DNA from: a candidate division FCPU426 bacterium
GTDB lineage: Bacteria > Oederibacteriota > Muellerivitia > Muellerivitales > Muellerivitaceae
Direction: 5' to 3'
Length of the DNA: 64,000 bases
Assembly (NCBI GenBank): GCA_963830915.1
Contig: CAWHOE010000042.1
Location: 1-64,000 of the forward strand
Under the pieces are notes generated by a model. The model was not told the DNA's origin and ran no database searches. It worked only from the letters and a program-made list of their open reading frames with translations. Below, one piece after another: positions 10,293 to 20,631 of this stretch (position 1 is its first letter; each line of letters opens with the position of its first letter). A program made the position numbers and the translations under genes.

Positions 10293-11197
10293 AAAGAATG
10301 AATGAGGAAATCGGGACAATACCAACAACTGTGTCCATTTTATGGAAGGTTGGCATGAATCGAATATTCATAATCTTCCTCATTTTGTTTGTCGCCCACC
10401 CACCTGTGATTGCCTCCAACGATCCTGATGACCTCAAAACGGAGGAGGCACTGAAGGCAAATGTGGTCGATTTTAGGGATTGGTTGATGAAACAACTTTC
10501 CCAATTCCCAAAGGTTGAGGTGGCCCGTTCGTCCTTGGTTTCCAGGAATCACGCTTTTGGTCCCCGAAAAAAACAATGCTTTACCGCCAGCCAATACAAC
10601 CAAGCTTCGAAATCGGATTGGGTCAAATCACAGGTCATGCAGGGCCTTTCGACTTTGAGCCAACAGCTTGCCAATACGGCTGGGACGGCTTTTGCGCCAC
10701 AAAGCGCGTCCCAGCTCCAACAATATTCAACCCAATTGAAGCAAAGTAACGATCCCCAGTTCCAACAGGTCGGGGCGCTTTACAGCCAGGAAGCCCAGGC
10801 CTTGCAAACGGGCAACGTCCAAGGGGCCGACCAAGCGGCCAACCAGGTCGCCGCCGTTCCACAGCCCTATGTCGCCCCCGGATACCAGCCCACACAAAGC
10901 GAAAGCTCATTGGCGCAATCCTTCAACCAGATCGTCGGGACGGTCATAGCCAGCTTGAGCGGAATACTGGGGACCATGGCCGTGGCCCAAATATTACAAG
11001 CCCTTGGAATACCGAATTTAAGCTCACTCTTGGGAGGGTCGGGACAAGGAATTGGGTCATCAGCAGGAGCCGGACAAATCACCGGACCTGGCCTTAACAA
11101 ATTCGGGAACCAACACGAACCTAGCCGGGGGAAGCGCTGGCCTACAGCAATTGGGAGCAGTCACCGTAAAGTCACTTCAAAACCAGGGTTCCGCTAA
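10274..11197 (+). CDS. Hypothetical exported Q/A-rich protein (ancestral start 10355; 3' end probably frameshifted)
   Basis: Signal peptide from 10355, helical Q/A-rich body, hydrophobic and Gly-rich C-terminus. Confidence 0.55.
   Translation: MSRYSMKRMNEEIGTIPTTVSILWKVGMNRIFIIFLILFVAHPPVIASNDPDDLKTEEALKANVVDFRDWLMKQLSQFPKVEVARSSLVSRNHAFGPRKKQCFTASQYNQASKSDWVKSQVMQGLSTLSQQLANTAGTAFAPQSASQLQQYSTQLKQSNDPQFQQVGALYSQEAQALQTGNVQGADQAANQVAAVPQPYVAPGYQPTQSESSLAQSFNQIVGTVIASLSGILGTMAVAQILQALGIPNLSSLLGGSGQGIGSSAGAGQITGPGLNKFGNQHEPSRGKRWPTAIGSSHRKVTSKPGFR
10277..10355 (-). repeat. 79-bp double-hairpin miniature element, copy 2
   Basis: Core GTTGGTATTGTCCCGAT on the minus strand; TG/TG flanks; removal restores an ATGA stop/start overlap. 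Confidence 0.75.
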
Positions 11198-11241
11198 CGC
11201 GGGTGGGGCACCGCCAGCCCAATAACTTTAAGGAGTTCAAA

Positions 11242-11604
11242 ATGGGAAAAAGAAAATGGTTTGTTTGGATTAAGACGGTCGGGATCACGGCTTGGCTATT
11301 TATTTGCGCGGGGGAGGCAAGTCCCCAAGCTTTGACCAGTATGCCGGAATTGTCACCGGTCAAGACGATCATACTTTTTTTATTGGACGCTTACGGTCTT
11401 TGGAAGATTTTGCAGTGCGTCAAGAACGTGCTGGACCACCTAGCCGAATCCAGCAAGGGGGATATGACCGCCAAGGATAGGGTTTGGGGAAGCGTCCTTG
11501 CCATCGTGGGAATCCTCATGGCGGGAGTTGTTTTAAATGTCGTCATCCTCAAGGCGGGTGAATTCGGAGCAAGGCCAGTCAGTTCCGTCTTGTCAGGAAA
11601 TTGA
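11242..11604 (+). CDS. VirB2/TrbC-like pilin candidate
   Basis: Small protein with leader plus two hydrophobic helices, ahead of VirB6/VirB3/VirB4-like genes. Confidence 0.45.
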   Translation: MGKRKWFVWIKTVGITAWLFICAGEASPQALTSMPELSPVKTIILFLLDAYGLWKILQCVKNVLDHLAESSKGDMTAKDRVWGSVLAIVGILMAGVVLNVVILKAGEFGARPVSSVLSGN

Positions 11605-13500
11605 ATGTTTAAATGGTTTCCACCTCTTATCTTCATTTTCCTATTGGGAGCCACAAAGACTTATGCCCTATCGGTTTTGTCCACAGATAGTGGACCGACG
11701 TCCCAGACAATCGAGGAAGGGGTCTCGGCTGGGATATTTGATTCCATGGCGAAACACGCGGGGGATTGGGTTGCCCAGGGGATGGATAAGATTGGGAATT
11801 GGGCCTTGCAGACTTTGTTCGGGATTTACGACAAATATATCGGCACCTTCCTTATATACATTCCGAATTTGGCCTCACCCAATACCTACACGGCCCTTTC
11901 AAGCAATGCGGGGGCAAACGCCGTCCAGGTGGTATTGAATCTCCTGAAGATTACCAGTGGGACGGGGCTTTTCATCCTCATCGTGGGTTTCGTGATCGAC
12001 ACGGGGCAGAGGTCGTCCGGCCTTTGGAACAGGTTTGTGGACCCGAACATCGTGATCGGATTCGTGGGGGCGTTTCTATGCCTTTTCGGCTGGCCGACCA
12101 TTCTTTCCTACATGACGACCGGCATGACGGCCATGGGTTACTACATCTACAACCAGAACACATTGAGGACATCGGGGGTTTTGCAGGGTTTCCAGAATAT
12201 CGACCTGAACTCGGGCGGTGGGACCAACGCCTTCCAGTTGTCGCAATATGACTTCCGGGGAAATTTCATCACGGTCCAGGGGATCACCTTTAATTTTATT
12301 TATCTGGTTGCCTTAGGGTTGGTGGTGATCGGCTTTTACAACTGCTATTCGGCGGTTTCGGCGGGGGAGTCCGAAAAAGGGAACCATCGGTTTTTCCAGG
12401 CCATGGCCGGGATCATTCTTATCCTTGGAATGCCCACCCTTGTCCACGTTCTCATTTCAAAGGGCGCAGATACCATCGGAAGCCAGCCGGTTATCCCTAG
12501 CCAGACCCAAAGCAACTTTTCGCTCCAAGGGTTAATCCAGGATAACGGGATTCAATTCCCCCAGCAATCGGGACAGGCTTCTCCCAATATTGGGTCAGCA
12601 AGTAATACGGCGGCATCTCCACCGACAAGCCGGTTGGCCCAATTCTCGGCGGGACTTTTGAAATGTGGGGTCGCCATCTGGGGGCTCATCGTCTGTTTCT
12701 CGGTCATTTTCGCGAAGTTCTTCCAGGTGTTGAACCTGTGGGTGTTGTTCATCCTTGGCCCCATCTTCATCGGCTGTTTGGGGCACCCTTCGACGGCTCC
12801 CATCTTTTGGGGAGCGGCCCGTTACTTCGTGAAGCTTCTTCTCTATTCGGTGATTTGGGCCATCACCTTGGTCGGACTTTACCTGATCCCAAACATCAAT
12901 TGGGGGGTGGAAACCATCGGGGTCAACAGCCTTCTGACGGCGGTGGCGGTTCTTGCCGGCCTTCAACTGATCGCCAACGCCCATGAATTCGCGTCCCTTT
13001 TCACTGCCTTCAAGGGAGGGAATTTGAGCGGGGAGGGCTACAAACAGTTCACCCGTGACACCAAGGGGGCTGCCGTAGGGGCAAATCAGGCAAGGCTTGG
13101 GACTTTTGGGGCAATGAAAAAGATGACAGGTGAAACCAGCCAAGCCATGGCTACCGCCTCTGGGGCGGCCATTGGTTCCATGATTCCTGGAGTTGGGACA
13201 GCCAGTGGTGCCTTGGCCGCGCAAAGGACCATGAAGGGTTTGAACGTCATGGCGAAATTGGGTGGGATCGGCGGCAGACCCAAGCCGGAAGGCCAGGACA
13301 ACCCGGTTTCAAATTTCCTCAAGAAGTTTTCAGGAGACTCCATTGCGGGAAGCCTGAAAAGGGATTCCCAAAACGAAGGGAGCCTATCCACTAATGAGAG
13401 GGAAAAAAGAAAGCTCGTATCCGATTACGCAAAGAAGCTCCAACAAGGAAAAGACTATAAAAAGCCGGGACAAGGACAACAGGAAAAGGGGACGGCTTAA
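11605..13500 (+). CDS. VirB6/TrbL-like polytopic membrane protein
   Basis: Many TM helices, VLFILGPIFIGCLGHPSTAPIFWGAARYF segment, Gly/Ala-rich basic tail. Confidence 0.65.
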   Translation: MFKWFPPLIFIFLLGATKTYALSVLSTDSGPTSQTIEEGVSAGIFDSMAKHAGDWVAQGMDKIGNWALQTLFGIYDKYIGTFLIYIPNLASPNTYTALSSNAGANAVQVVLNLLKITSGTGLFILIVGFVIDTGQRSSGLWNRFVDPNIVIGFVGAFLCLFGWPTILSYMTTGMTAMGYYIYNQNTLRTSGVLQGFQNIDLNSGGGTNAFQLSQYDFRGNFITVQGITFNFIYLVALGLVVIGFYNCYSAVSAGESEKGNHRFFQAMAGIILILGMPTLVHVLISKGADTIGSQPVIPSQTQSNFSLQGLIQDNGIQFPQQSGQASPNIGSASNTAASPPTSRLAQFSAGLLKCGVAIWGLIVCFSVIFAKFFQVLNLWVLFILGPIFIGCLGHPSTAPIFWGAARYFVKLLLYSVIWAITLVGLYLIPNINWGVETIGVNSLLTAVAVLAGLQLIANAHEFASLFTAFKGGNLSGEGYKQFTRDTKGAAVGANQARLGTFGAMKKMTGETSQAMATASGAAIGSMIPGVGTASGALAAQRTMKGLNVMAKLGGIGGRPKPEGQDNPVSNFLKKFSGDSIAGSLKRDSQNEGSLSTNEREKRKLVSDYAKKLQQGKDYKKPGQGQQEKGTA

Positions 13501-13791
13501 ATGGCGATACCCCTTGAGAAGGAATCCAAAATGTGGGGCCTCTTTTATTCATCCGATTTCACCAAGCTGATGTTCGTTTTCATCGGGGACGCCTTTGCTT
13601 TCGTCGGCTTCATGATCTTCTGGGGCCTGGAAGGGTCCCTTGTAATCTTTTTCGGAATCCTCACCCTCTCCACCCTTTATTTCGTCATGAGAAGTTTTTG
13701 GCCTGAAAAGCACCTGGAAAACATCATCCGGTACAACAACGAACCGAAGAACTACTTCCCCGGAGGGGAACCAAGTGAGTTGGAAACATGA
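13501..13791 (+). CDS. VirB3/PrgI-like small membrane protein
   Basis: IPLEKESKMWG start, two TM helices, overlaps the VirB4-like start. Confidence 0.6.
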   Translation: MAIPLEKESKMWGLFYSSDFTKLMFVFIGDAFAFVGFMIFWGLEGSLVIFFGILTLSTLYFVMRSFWPEKHLENIIRYNNEPKNYFPGGEPSELET

Positions 13792-16359
13792 AAAGATTTT
13801 TCACTTCCAAGCCTAAGAACAACCCTGTCGCCGGGTTATTAAGGATTCGGTCGGTCGGGCCGGGTTACCTCGTCTTGAGGAACCCGGAACAATACGCCTG
13901 CCTTTTCAAATTAGCCGGAGGGTTGGACCCCTGGATGGAAGACCCCGAAGTTTTAGCGGAAAAGGTAAGAAGGTTGGATTCGGTTTTGGCGGACTTGAGG
14001 AGCGGGGAGGAAGTCCAATTCTTGACTAAGAGGGTATTGGCCGACGTTGAAGACGTTATCCGACGTTTTCAAGAAAGGATTCATGAGAATGCACCGGAGG
14101 TTTTCAGGAACCAATACCCCGAGTTTCTAAGGAACTGGCTCAGGCGGTTTTATTCCGATGAAAAGATTTGTCATTACCGCTCTTATGTCCTTTTTACCGT
14201 TCCCCCGCCACAGGGTTCAAAAAAACAAAAGGAAGCGAACACTACACCCATTGAGGAAGTCCTTCGGCGCGGTAAATCCTGGGTTTCGCAACTCAATATC
14301 GTGGGTTTGGAGCCCCAGGAGGCCACCGAAGAGGAAATTATCACCCTCTTATATGAAGAGTTATCACTGGAAAGATTCCGTGGGAATCCTGACAGGCTTC
14401 TTAAAGGCTCGGGTTATTCGGGGGGGAATACGGGATTCAAACCTTACGGGAAATGCTCTCTCCCATCCCCTGGGATTTTAGTGATCCGAAAGTTTTCAAA
14501 GTGGGTGAAAACTTTGGAAAGACCCTCTATGTGACGGAATTTCCTTCCTTCAATGAGCAGAACCTATTTTTCCAGGAACTTTACGAACGTACCGACGATT
14601 TCAAGGTTTCCTTCTTTATCAAAGGGGTGGATTTGTTTCACGCCCAATCCATCGTGGAAAAGCAGATCCAAAGCGACCAGGGGGCCTTGTGGAAACGAAA
14701 GAATGTGATGAACTTCGAGGCCCAAGCGGCCCTGGATTACCGCCAAAGCGTTCTTTCCCTCGTTTCGGAAAGGAAAACATCACTTGCCAAGTTTTCCCTC
14801 TACATCACTTTGTTTTCCAAAAGCCAAAAAGAACTTTCTTCAAGCTATGAGAGCCTTTCCCGGATGTTCAAGAACGTCCACCCCTTTCGGGATACGCGGA
14901 GCAAAAAAGGCTTTTCCTCTCGACCATCCCCCAGGCCACCGACTTGGCGGGCCATGACCATCTACAGGCAACGGCGGTCATGGCAAACGCCATTCCTTGT
15001 TTATACGAGCCCCTGGCCGATACCGATGGGGTGCCAATAGGTAAAACCCTTTCGGGGGAAATGGTTCATTTGAACCTTTGGGGAAGGGAAACGGAGAACT
15101 GGAACGTGCTTGTCGTGGGGTCATCGGGCACGGGCAAGTCCTTCAGCATTAACCAGCTTCTCATCAAGAACCTTCCCATGAACCCTTACATCATGATTAT
15201 CGACAAATCCCAATCGTATAAGACCCTTTGCCGCTTGGCGGGTGGCCGGTATCTCAACTACGACCTGGACAGCAAACATCACCTGAATATTTTCGATTAT
15301 CCCTTGGATGAGATTAAAGAGAAGGAAGGGGAGATCGACCCGGAGCATATTTCCAGCATCATCATGTATTTGGGGGTGGTGCTCGCCAACATCAAGGAAA
15401 ACCGTATCGAGGAAACGGAGGAATTGGACAAGGCACTGATTCAGGAAGCCGTCAAGCAGACCTACCTGAACACCCTCACTGAGAACCGGGTGCCTCTTTT
15501 AACCGACCTCAAGGAAACACTCTTGAAGAAAGCGGAGGACAAGAAAGTTCCCGCCGAGTTCCAATATCTCTGCCGCAAACAAGCAGAAGTCTTAAAACTT
15601 TTCACCGGAAAGGGGATGTACGCCAACCTGACGGACAGGGAATCCACCATCAAAGCGGACAATTCATTCATCGTTTTCGACACGTCAGGCATCAGCGACA
15701 ACGACAAGAAGGCCGTGGGTTTGGCCGTATTCGTCATTTCCAATTACTGTCTTCAAAAGGCAAAACAGAACAAGGAATTGAACCGGCTCTCCCAACTCGC
15801 CATGGACGAGTGCTGGTATTTGGCCCAATACCCGGCTGGTTTAGCTTTCCTTCTTAGAATCGCCAAGACCGCAAGGCATTTGAGACTTCAACCTATTTTC
15901 GCCACCCAGGAAATTGGGGAGTTTTTCGGGGTGAAGGGTGTTGAGGCGATCCTGAAGAACACATCAACCAAAATCCTCCTGAAGCTGGTAGGGGACGACA
16001 TTGAACACGCCAAAGGCCTGCTCCAATTGAATCCGACCCAAGTGGAAAAGGTCATGAATCTCCATTTGGTAAAAGGAGTCTATTCCCAAGCCCTCATCCA
16101 CCAGACCCTTCGGCAGGGAATCGTGAATATCTACCCCGACGAATTGGCCTACCACATCGCCACCACTTACGGGCCTGAAGCGGCAATCCGTGACCTCTAT
16201 CTGGACACTTACGCGCCGGATGAGGACCCGGTAGCGACTTTGGGAGCCATCGCCAAGTGGATAGAGGACAAGGAAAACAAAACGGTTTTAAAACCCACCC
16301 AAAAGGATAAAACCGGCCAAACGAGTTCGAAAAAACCGGACGAGGTATTAATGAAATGA
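13788..16359 (+). CDS. virB4: VirB4-like ATPase split over three ORFs (13788-14534, 14453-15040, 14944-16359)
   Basis: Walker A GSSGTGKS, IIDK, Walker B DECW, ARHL..FATQ. Frames appear to join near 14430 and 14885. Confidence 0.8.
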
Positions 16360-16952
16360 CTGAACCGAAAAAGGAGGATGAACATTCCATTCTTGACCTC
16401 ATTGAGCAGGAGCCAAAGAAAAAGGGATACACCGGGAAAATCATCATTGGACTCATTGTGGCCGTGGTTGGTTTGGGTTCCACCCTCTTTTGGGGAAAAA
16501 CCGCCCAAGTTGTTGATTCAAAGAAGGATGTTTCTGTGGGTAGTTCCCAAACGGTGGGGAAAGACCCCCAATACGGGGACGTAACCGACTTCGCGGAGAA
16601 GTTCAGCATTATGGCTTTCAACATTAGTTATACGGACATCAACCATCAGGTGGACAAGGTGGCGGGTCTTATGAGTGACAACATGATGTCCTATTACCAG
16701 GAAGCTTTTTTGGACCCCAAGTGGGTCGCCTTTCTATCGGATAACAAAGCTTATGTCTCCTACCAGCAGATCGACCGGTCGAGCGTGGAGAACACGGACG
16801 GGACCCATTACTGGGTGAAGGTTATCGGGAAGAACCTTTACAACTCGGATGCCAGGGGCCAAGGGTCACAGATTGAATTGCCTTTCCATTTAGTCGTAGT
16901 GGTCAAGAAGGACAACGGAAAACTTATTGTGACGGATTTCCAGAGGTTTTAG
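16356..16952 (+). CDS. VirB8/TcpC-like bitopic protein
   Basis: One TM helix and an NTF2-like alpha/beta C-terminus ending VVVKKDNGKLIVTDF, after VirB4. Confidence 0.55.
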   Translation: MTEPKKEDEHSILDLIEQEPKKKGYTGKIIIGLIVAVVGLGSTLFWGKTAQVVDSKKDVSVGSSQTVGKDPQYGDVTDFAEKFSIMAFNISYTDINHQVDKVAGLMSDNMMSYYQEAFLDPKWVAFLSDNKAYVSYQQIDRSSVENTDGTHYWVKVIGKNLYNSDARGQGSQIELPFHLVVVVKKDNGKLIVTDFQRF

Positions 16953-16954
16953 CC

Positions 16955-18427
16955 ATGGAAGAGAATGTACTTCAAATCAACCCGGAATTAGCCAGGCGGT
17001 GCCTTCAGTCCGCCCATTTGTGCATGGAAACAAACCGGTTCAAAGAAGCCTTGAAGCTTTTTGACGAGATAATCGGAAAACACCAGCCTCAGAACGTGGA
17101 AGCTCACCTGGAATCCGCGAAGATATACGCCATATACAAACAGCCTAATTCCATCCTCAAAGTGATTAACCGGCTTCATAATTTTTCCCAGAAGACTCCG
17201 GAAAGCCTCGTTCTTCTTGCCCGCGCCCAACTTCAGATGAGCCTCTATTCCGATTGTCGGGAAAGTCTAAGGGAGATTTTTACCATACAGAGGGATTTTC
17301 CTGAGGCAGTGGCTTTGGAGGGGGAATTGTGCATTAGGACGGCGAAATATGAAAGCGCCGTCGAGAAGTTCGAGTCCTTAAGCCTCCGTTATCCCAAAAA
17401 TTACAACTATTTGACTTTCCTGGCCGTTTCCCATTTTGCCAGCGGCAAATTCCACCGGACCATCACCCTTTGTACCACCCTCATGCAAGCAGGGGTTTCA
17501 GACCCCAAAATCACCCGGCTTTATGAAATGGCGAAAACAAAAAGACGGCACGAGGCCTTGGGAAAGCTGAAAAAAGTAAAACCACTCAAATGGCTGTTTG
17601 CCCAACTCTTCGATCCATTCCTGGAAAAGGAAATGAGGGCCGAATCGGAAAGCCAGACCACCCAGGAGGATCTTGTTCAGGAAACCTTAGTGGACCACAG
17701 GACCGGCCTTTTGAACGATAGGGCGGCGATGCTGCAAATCCCAGCCCTTGCCGCCAGGAGAAAGAACCACTTTTACGTTGCCATGGCTGATATAGACTTT
17801 TTCAAATCCTTTAACGACGTCCATTACAACCACCAGGTCGGAAATTCCGTCTTGAAAGCCTTGGCAAAGGCGGGACAACAAATCTTCACCAAAAACAAAA
17901 TTTGGCGTTACGGCGGTGAGGAAATCGTCTGGGTTCTGGACGGGTCAGAAGCCGAAGTCGTCGAAAAAGCCGAACAGTTCAGGAAGCAATGCGAGGAAAA
18001 AGTCGTGGGGGAAGCGAATGATATCAACCAAAAGGAGGACATCCGGCACTTCACGGACGGGTTGGACCATAAGAAGGACGACCCGTTCCTTATCCATTAC
18101 CCGGTGACGATCAGCCAGGCCGTTGTGGAATGGGGGGAAGACGGGACAAATCTGGAAGGAATCCTAACGGCGGCGGATCACGGCCTTTACACGGCTAAGG
18201 AAGGCGGAAGGAACACGGTTGTTTTCCGGGGAACCCCCAGGTGCGTTGGGCTCAAGCCGGTCAAGTACACCCCCGAGATGCTTGGAATCCTTCACAAGTT
18301 TAGCGTCAAGAAAGGGTCCTCAAACTGGTGGGCCTATTTGGAGACTGTCGATGAGAAGGCGAAAAACGATGCTTTGGAATATGCCAGGAACACACTGGCC
18401 GACATGGAGGCGTTAAAGAAAAAATAG
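16955..18427 (+). CDS. TPR-repeat diguanylate cyclase
   Basis: N-terminal TPRs; DHRTGLLN, DIDFFKSFND, RYGGEEI, ADHGLYTAKEGGRN. Confidence 0.85.
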   Translation: MEENVLQINPELARRCLQSAHLCMETNRFKEALKLFDEIIGKHQPQNVEAHLESAKIYAIYKQPNSILKVINRLHNFSQKTPESLVLLARAQLQMSLYSDCRESLREIFTIQRDFPEAVALEGELCIRTAKYESAVEKFESLSLRYPKNYNYLTFLAVSHFASGKFHRTITLCTTLMQAGVSDPKITRLYEMAKTKRRHEALGKLKKVKPLKWLFAQLFDPFLEKEMRAESESQTTQEDLVQETLVDHRTGLLNDRAAMLQIPALAARRKNHFYVAMADIDFFKSFNDVHYNHQVGNSVLKALAKAGQQIFTKNKIWRYGGEEIVWVLDGSEAEVVEKAEQFRKQCEEKVVGEANDINQKEDIRHFTDGLDHKKDDPFLIHYPVTISQAVVEWGEDGTNLEGILTAADHGLYTAKEGGRNTVVFRGTPRCVGLKPVKYTPEMLGILHKFSVKKGSSNWWAYLETVDEKAKNDALEYARNTLADMEALKKK

Positions 18428-18464
18428 TTTCGCATTGGTCATTAATTTCAAAAGGAGAAAGAAC

Positions 18465-18806
18465 ATGGGTTTAAAAGTCAGGATTACCAGGATGTTTCCC
18501 TATGACGGGGAACACACGAAGGCTTTTGTTGGAGCCAAAGTCCAGATATCCGGTCGTGTTTTTGGTTACAACGAATTGACGCTCGTTAAAAAGAAAGAAG
18601 GGAATGGTTTGTTCCTGGGCCTTCCTTCTCGGCCTGGAAGGCAGGAGGGGGAGTATCACGATATTTGTTACATGGACGCGAACACGCGAAAAGATATTGA
18701 GAAAGTCGCAATCGCCGAGTACGAGAAGAAAATCAAGGAAAGCGCACAGGTGCCCATAGGGGATAACCAAGGAGTGAGGGTAGAACGGAGAAAAGTGAAA
18801 AGGTGA
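18465..18806 (+). CDS. SpoVG-family nucleic-acid-binding protein
   Basis: KAFV...NELTLVK..GLFLGLPSR...GEYHDICY. Confidence 0.75.
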   Translation: MGLKVRITRMFPYDGEHTKAFVGAKVQISGRVFGYNELTLVKKKEGNGLFLGLPSRPGRQEGEYHDICYMDANTRKDIEKVAIAEYEKKIKESAQVPIGDNQGVRVERRKVKR

Positions 18807-18837
18807 CGGGCGAAATAAAAATCAATGGAGGCAACAA

Positions 18838-19140
18838 ATGGCTTTAAAGATCAGTGTCACTAGGATGTATCCCTATGAAGGGGAGAATACCCAGGCGTTT
18901 TTCGATGTTAAGGTCGCAATATCGAGTTACGAGTTCTTCTTCAACGACCTAACTTTGGTGAAGAAGAAGGATGGCGATGGGTTATTTGTGGGTTTCCCAT
19001 CCAGGCCGGGCAAAAAGGATGGGGAGTATTTCCACTTCTGCAACGCCAACAAGAAAGCCAAGGAAGAGATCGAAAAGGCGGCTGTTGCGGAGTTTAAAAA
19101 GAAATCCAAGGCCAAGGAAACCGCCCCAGCCAAGGAATAA
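18838..19140 (+). CDS. SpoVG-family protein, second paralog
   Basis: QAFFDV...NDLTLVK..GLFVGFPSR..KDGEYFHF. Confidence 0.8.
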   Translation: MALKISVTRMYPYEGENTQAFFDVKVAISSYEFFFNDLTLVKKKDGDGLFVGFPSRPGKKDGEYFHFCNANKKAKEEIEKAAVAEFKKKSKAKETAPAKE

Positions 19141-19162
19141 TCCAGGGGTTTTGGAGAGAAGA

Positions 19163-19426
19163 ATGGAAGACAGGAGAAGATGGGACCGAAGAAGAAAGGC
19201 CCAGGATTGCCTGATGTCAGATAGTCAAATAGCCGATTTGGCGGGGGTTTCCAAACACACCGTTAAATTTTGGCGTCTGGCTGGGACCATCCCTTATGTG
19301 AAGGTTGGGCGTCACCCGAGGATTTGGCTTTCGGCCTTCCAAAAAGTTTTCCATCAACCTGATCCAAGCGGACCTTGGGAATTGTCCCCTAAGTTTGGTA
19401 AAATACCAAACGGCAAGGGACATTAG
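19163..19426 (+). CDS. Excisionase-like HTH (HTH_17) protein
   Basis: LMSDSQIADLAGVSKHTVKFWRLAGTIPYVKVGRHPRI, immediately upstream of the integrase. Confidence 0.75.
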   Translation: MEDRRRWDRRRKAQDCLMSDSQIADLAGVSKHTVKFWRLAGTIPYVKVGRHPRIWLSAFQKVFHQPDPSGPWELSPKFGKIPNGKGH

Positions 19427-19434
19427 GAGGCAGT

Positions 19435-20505
19435 ATGAGCAAGCCTAATGTTCACGGATTGCCCCAACATCTTCGGAGAGATGAAGGGGGATATTTCCTG
19501 GATTTTTTTGTCCAGGAAGAAGGGGTTAAAAAACGTAAAAGGGTGCGTTTGGGACAGATACCTTTGCCTCAGGCAAAGAAGGTCTTGGCCCAACACATGC
19601 AAGAGATCGTTGAAAACAGTTATTTGGCGCAGGATAAGCCGAAGATCACTTTCAACGAAGCCGCCGATTCCTTTATGGATTATTCGGTGTCCAGGAAGAA
19701 AAGTTTTCATAGGGATAAGTATTACGTGGCAAACCTAAAGGCGTTTTTCGGTGACAAGCCTTTGGACAGCCTGAATCTTGACCTTGCGGAAAAATATCTG
19801 ACCTGGAGAAGGAAAACCGGAAAACCCAAAGGGGAGGAGATGAAGGCGGCCACGCTCAACCGGGATATTGCCTGCTTAAAAACCATCGTGAATAGGGCGA
19901 AGTTAAACAGGCAGATTGACAGGAATCCAATCGAGGGGATCAGGTTGTTTAAGGAAATCCCCAGGGATAGGACACTTACCCCGGAAGAGTTTAAGCAACT
20001 CTTGGAATGCTGCCCGCCCCACCTTAAATCAATGGTCGAGTTGGCTTATTACACGGCCATGAGAAAGGGTGAAATCCTAGGGCTAAGATGGGAACAAGTG
20101 GATTTCCAAAAAGGGGTTATTTTTCTTGAGGCGGAGGATACGAAAACTCAAGAAAAGCGGGAAATACCAATTGATGAGAAATTGAAGCAAATCATCAAGA
20201 AGATTCCCAAGACCTTAGGAAGCCAGTTAGTTTTCACTTACAAAGGAAAAAGGCTAACGGCTTGCAGGACCGGGTTTAAAAGCGCTTGTGAAAAGGCCGG
20301 ATTGGGAAATTTCCATTTCCACGACCTTCGTCATTGTGCGATAACGAATATGCGCAAAGCGGGGGTGCCGGATTCGGTCATAATGAGTGTTAGCGGACAC
20401 AAAACTAACGCGGTATTTCGGCGATATGACAAGATTGATAGGGAAGACCGAAAATTGGCGTTGGAGCGGGTCCGGGAGTTCAATGACACCAAGTTTGGAA
20501 GCTGA
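19435..20505 (+). CDS. Tyrosine recombinase/integrase, copy 1
   Basis: MRKGEIL, TKT, HDLRH, SGH, RY catalytic motifs. Confidence 0.95.
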   Translation: MSKPNVHGLPQHLRRDEGGYFLDFFVQEEGVKKRKRVRLGQIPLPQAKKVLAQHMQEIVENSYLAQDKPKITFNEAADSFMDYSVSRKKSFHRDKYYVANLKAFFGDKPLDSLNLDLAEKYLTWRRKTGKPKGEEMKAATLNRDIACLKTIVNRAKLNRQIDRNPIEGIRLFKEIPRDRTLTPEEFKQLLECCPPHLKSMVELAYYTAMRKGEILGLRWEQVDFQKGVIFLEAEDTKTQEKREIPIDEKLKQIIKKIPKTLGSQLVFTYKGKRLTACRTGFKSACEKAGLGNFHFHDLRHCAITNMRKAGVPDSVIMSVSGHKTNAVFRRYDKIDREDRKLALERVREFNDTKFGS

Positions 20506-20631
20506 TTGACACGGGAATGACAAACGCCCTTTTCTGGGCGGGGAAGGAGAGGGATAAAAGTTCGTTTTCCGCTTTAGCTGTAAGGGTTTTAGAAGATTTA
20601 AGAAGAGAAGATCAAGCCAACCATTGCGACC

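Noticed and set aside
14400..14950. Programmed frameshifting in virB4
   Set aside because: No clear slippery heptamer with a downstream structure, and neighbouring genes show similar indels.
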